A DNA stretch of 64,000 bases, taken from assembly GCA_018697295.1 (NCBI GenBank), contig JABHTJ010000002.1, forward strand, positions 28,027 to 92,026. The letters are read 5' to 3'. Below are positions 63,850 through 64,000 of this stretch, in pieces (position 1 is the first letter of the stretch; every line of letters begins with the position of its first letter). The notes under the pieces are model-generated. The model made no database searches. It was not told the origin of the DNA and was given only the letters and a program-made list of their open reading frames with translations. The translations under genes were made by a program, and so were the position numbers. This DNA comes from an archaeon. GTDB taxonomy: Archaea > Nanobdellota > Nanobdellia > Pacearchaeales > GW2011-AR1.

Positions 63850-64000
63850 ATGGCATTTAACTTAATTGGTCTTGGACTTGATGTAAACTCGATCTCAGCT
63901 GATGCTTTGGTAGCTGTGAAGAAATGTGGTGTGGTTTATCTTGAAAATTATACAGTGAATTTTCCTTATTCAGTTGAAGAATTATCTGAATCTCTTAGTG
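63850..64000 (+). CDS. dph5: Diphthine synthase, N-terminal fragment (runs off window end)
   Basis: MAFNLIGLGLDVNSISADALVAVKKCGVVYLENYT matches the Dph5 N-terminus pattern (LYLVGLGLG...AL...C..VYLE.YT). Confidence 0.65.
   Translation, partial: MAFNLIGLGLDVNSISADALVAVKKCGVVYLENYTVNFPYSVEELSESLS

Noticed and set aside
1-64000. CRISPR arrays, rRNA genes, transposases/integrases
   Set aside because: No regularly spaced direct repeats, no rRNA-like conserved stretches and no transposase/integrase-like translations were seen. The only repeats are intragenic (15-nt TM repeat, GGN tracts, 29-nt module duplicate).

Overview
The window reads as an AT-rich, gene-dense archaeal chromosome segment. Its gene content and compactness look like a small-genome DPANN-type archaeon. 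Nothing points to a plasmid or virus.

What is in it. The core is the canonical archaeal rpoH-rpoB-rpoA-rpl30e-nusA-rps12-rps7-fusA-tuf block (31.8-45.0 kb). Other information-processing genes are TFB, GlyRS, RNase Z, an Sm-like protein, Alba, S17e, tRNA-splicing endonuclease, a minimal Ogt, a tiny L41e, RFC small and large subunits flanking a Nudix gene, DnaG, and a diphthine synthase start at the window edge. I read five tRNA genes by hand: Arg-TCT, Cys-GCA, Met-CAT, Gln-CTG and Lys-TTT. A contiguous dTTP/dNTP supply cluster sits at 23.7-31.6 kb: thyX-like, tmk, nrdR, class II RNR, dut, dcd and a kinase-dCMP deaminase fusion. Metabolic genes are AMP-forming acetyl-CoA synthetase and a two-subunit 2-oxoacid:ferredoxin oxidoreductase. 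Two accessory loci of secreted or membrane-anchored surface proteins lie at 1.4-11 kb and 49-58 kb. I found no rRNA, CRISPR array, transposase or integrase.

Most notable observations:
- A co-oriented surface-protein locus with a 1978-aa LamG/beta-helix-like giant glycoprotein candidate. Its neighbours carry paralogous Cys/Trp-rich modules, poly-Gly linkers and a conserved C-terminal anchor motif.
- Two compositionally atypical unknown ORFs wedged into the otherwise invariant rps12-rps7-fusA operon.
- A single-ORF (fused A'+A'') rpoA.
- tmk interrupted by one in-frame TGA.
- A bacterial-type NrdR with a candidate NrdR box in front of nrdR-nrdJ.
- A stand-alone GGDEF diguanylate cyclase co-transcribed with tatD.
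- A membrane ORF translationally coupled between the two 2-oxoacid oxidoreductase subunit genes.

All calls come from reading translations and motifs by eye. No searches were run.
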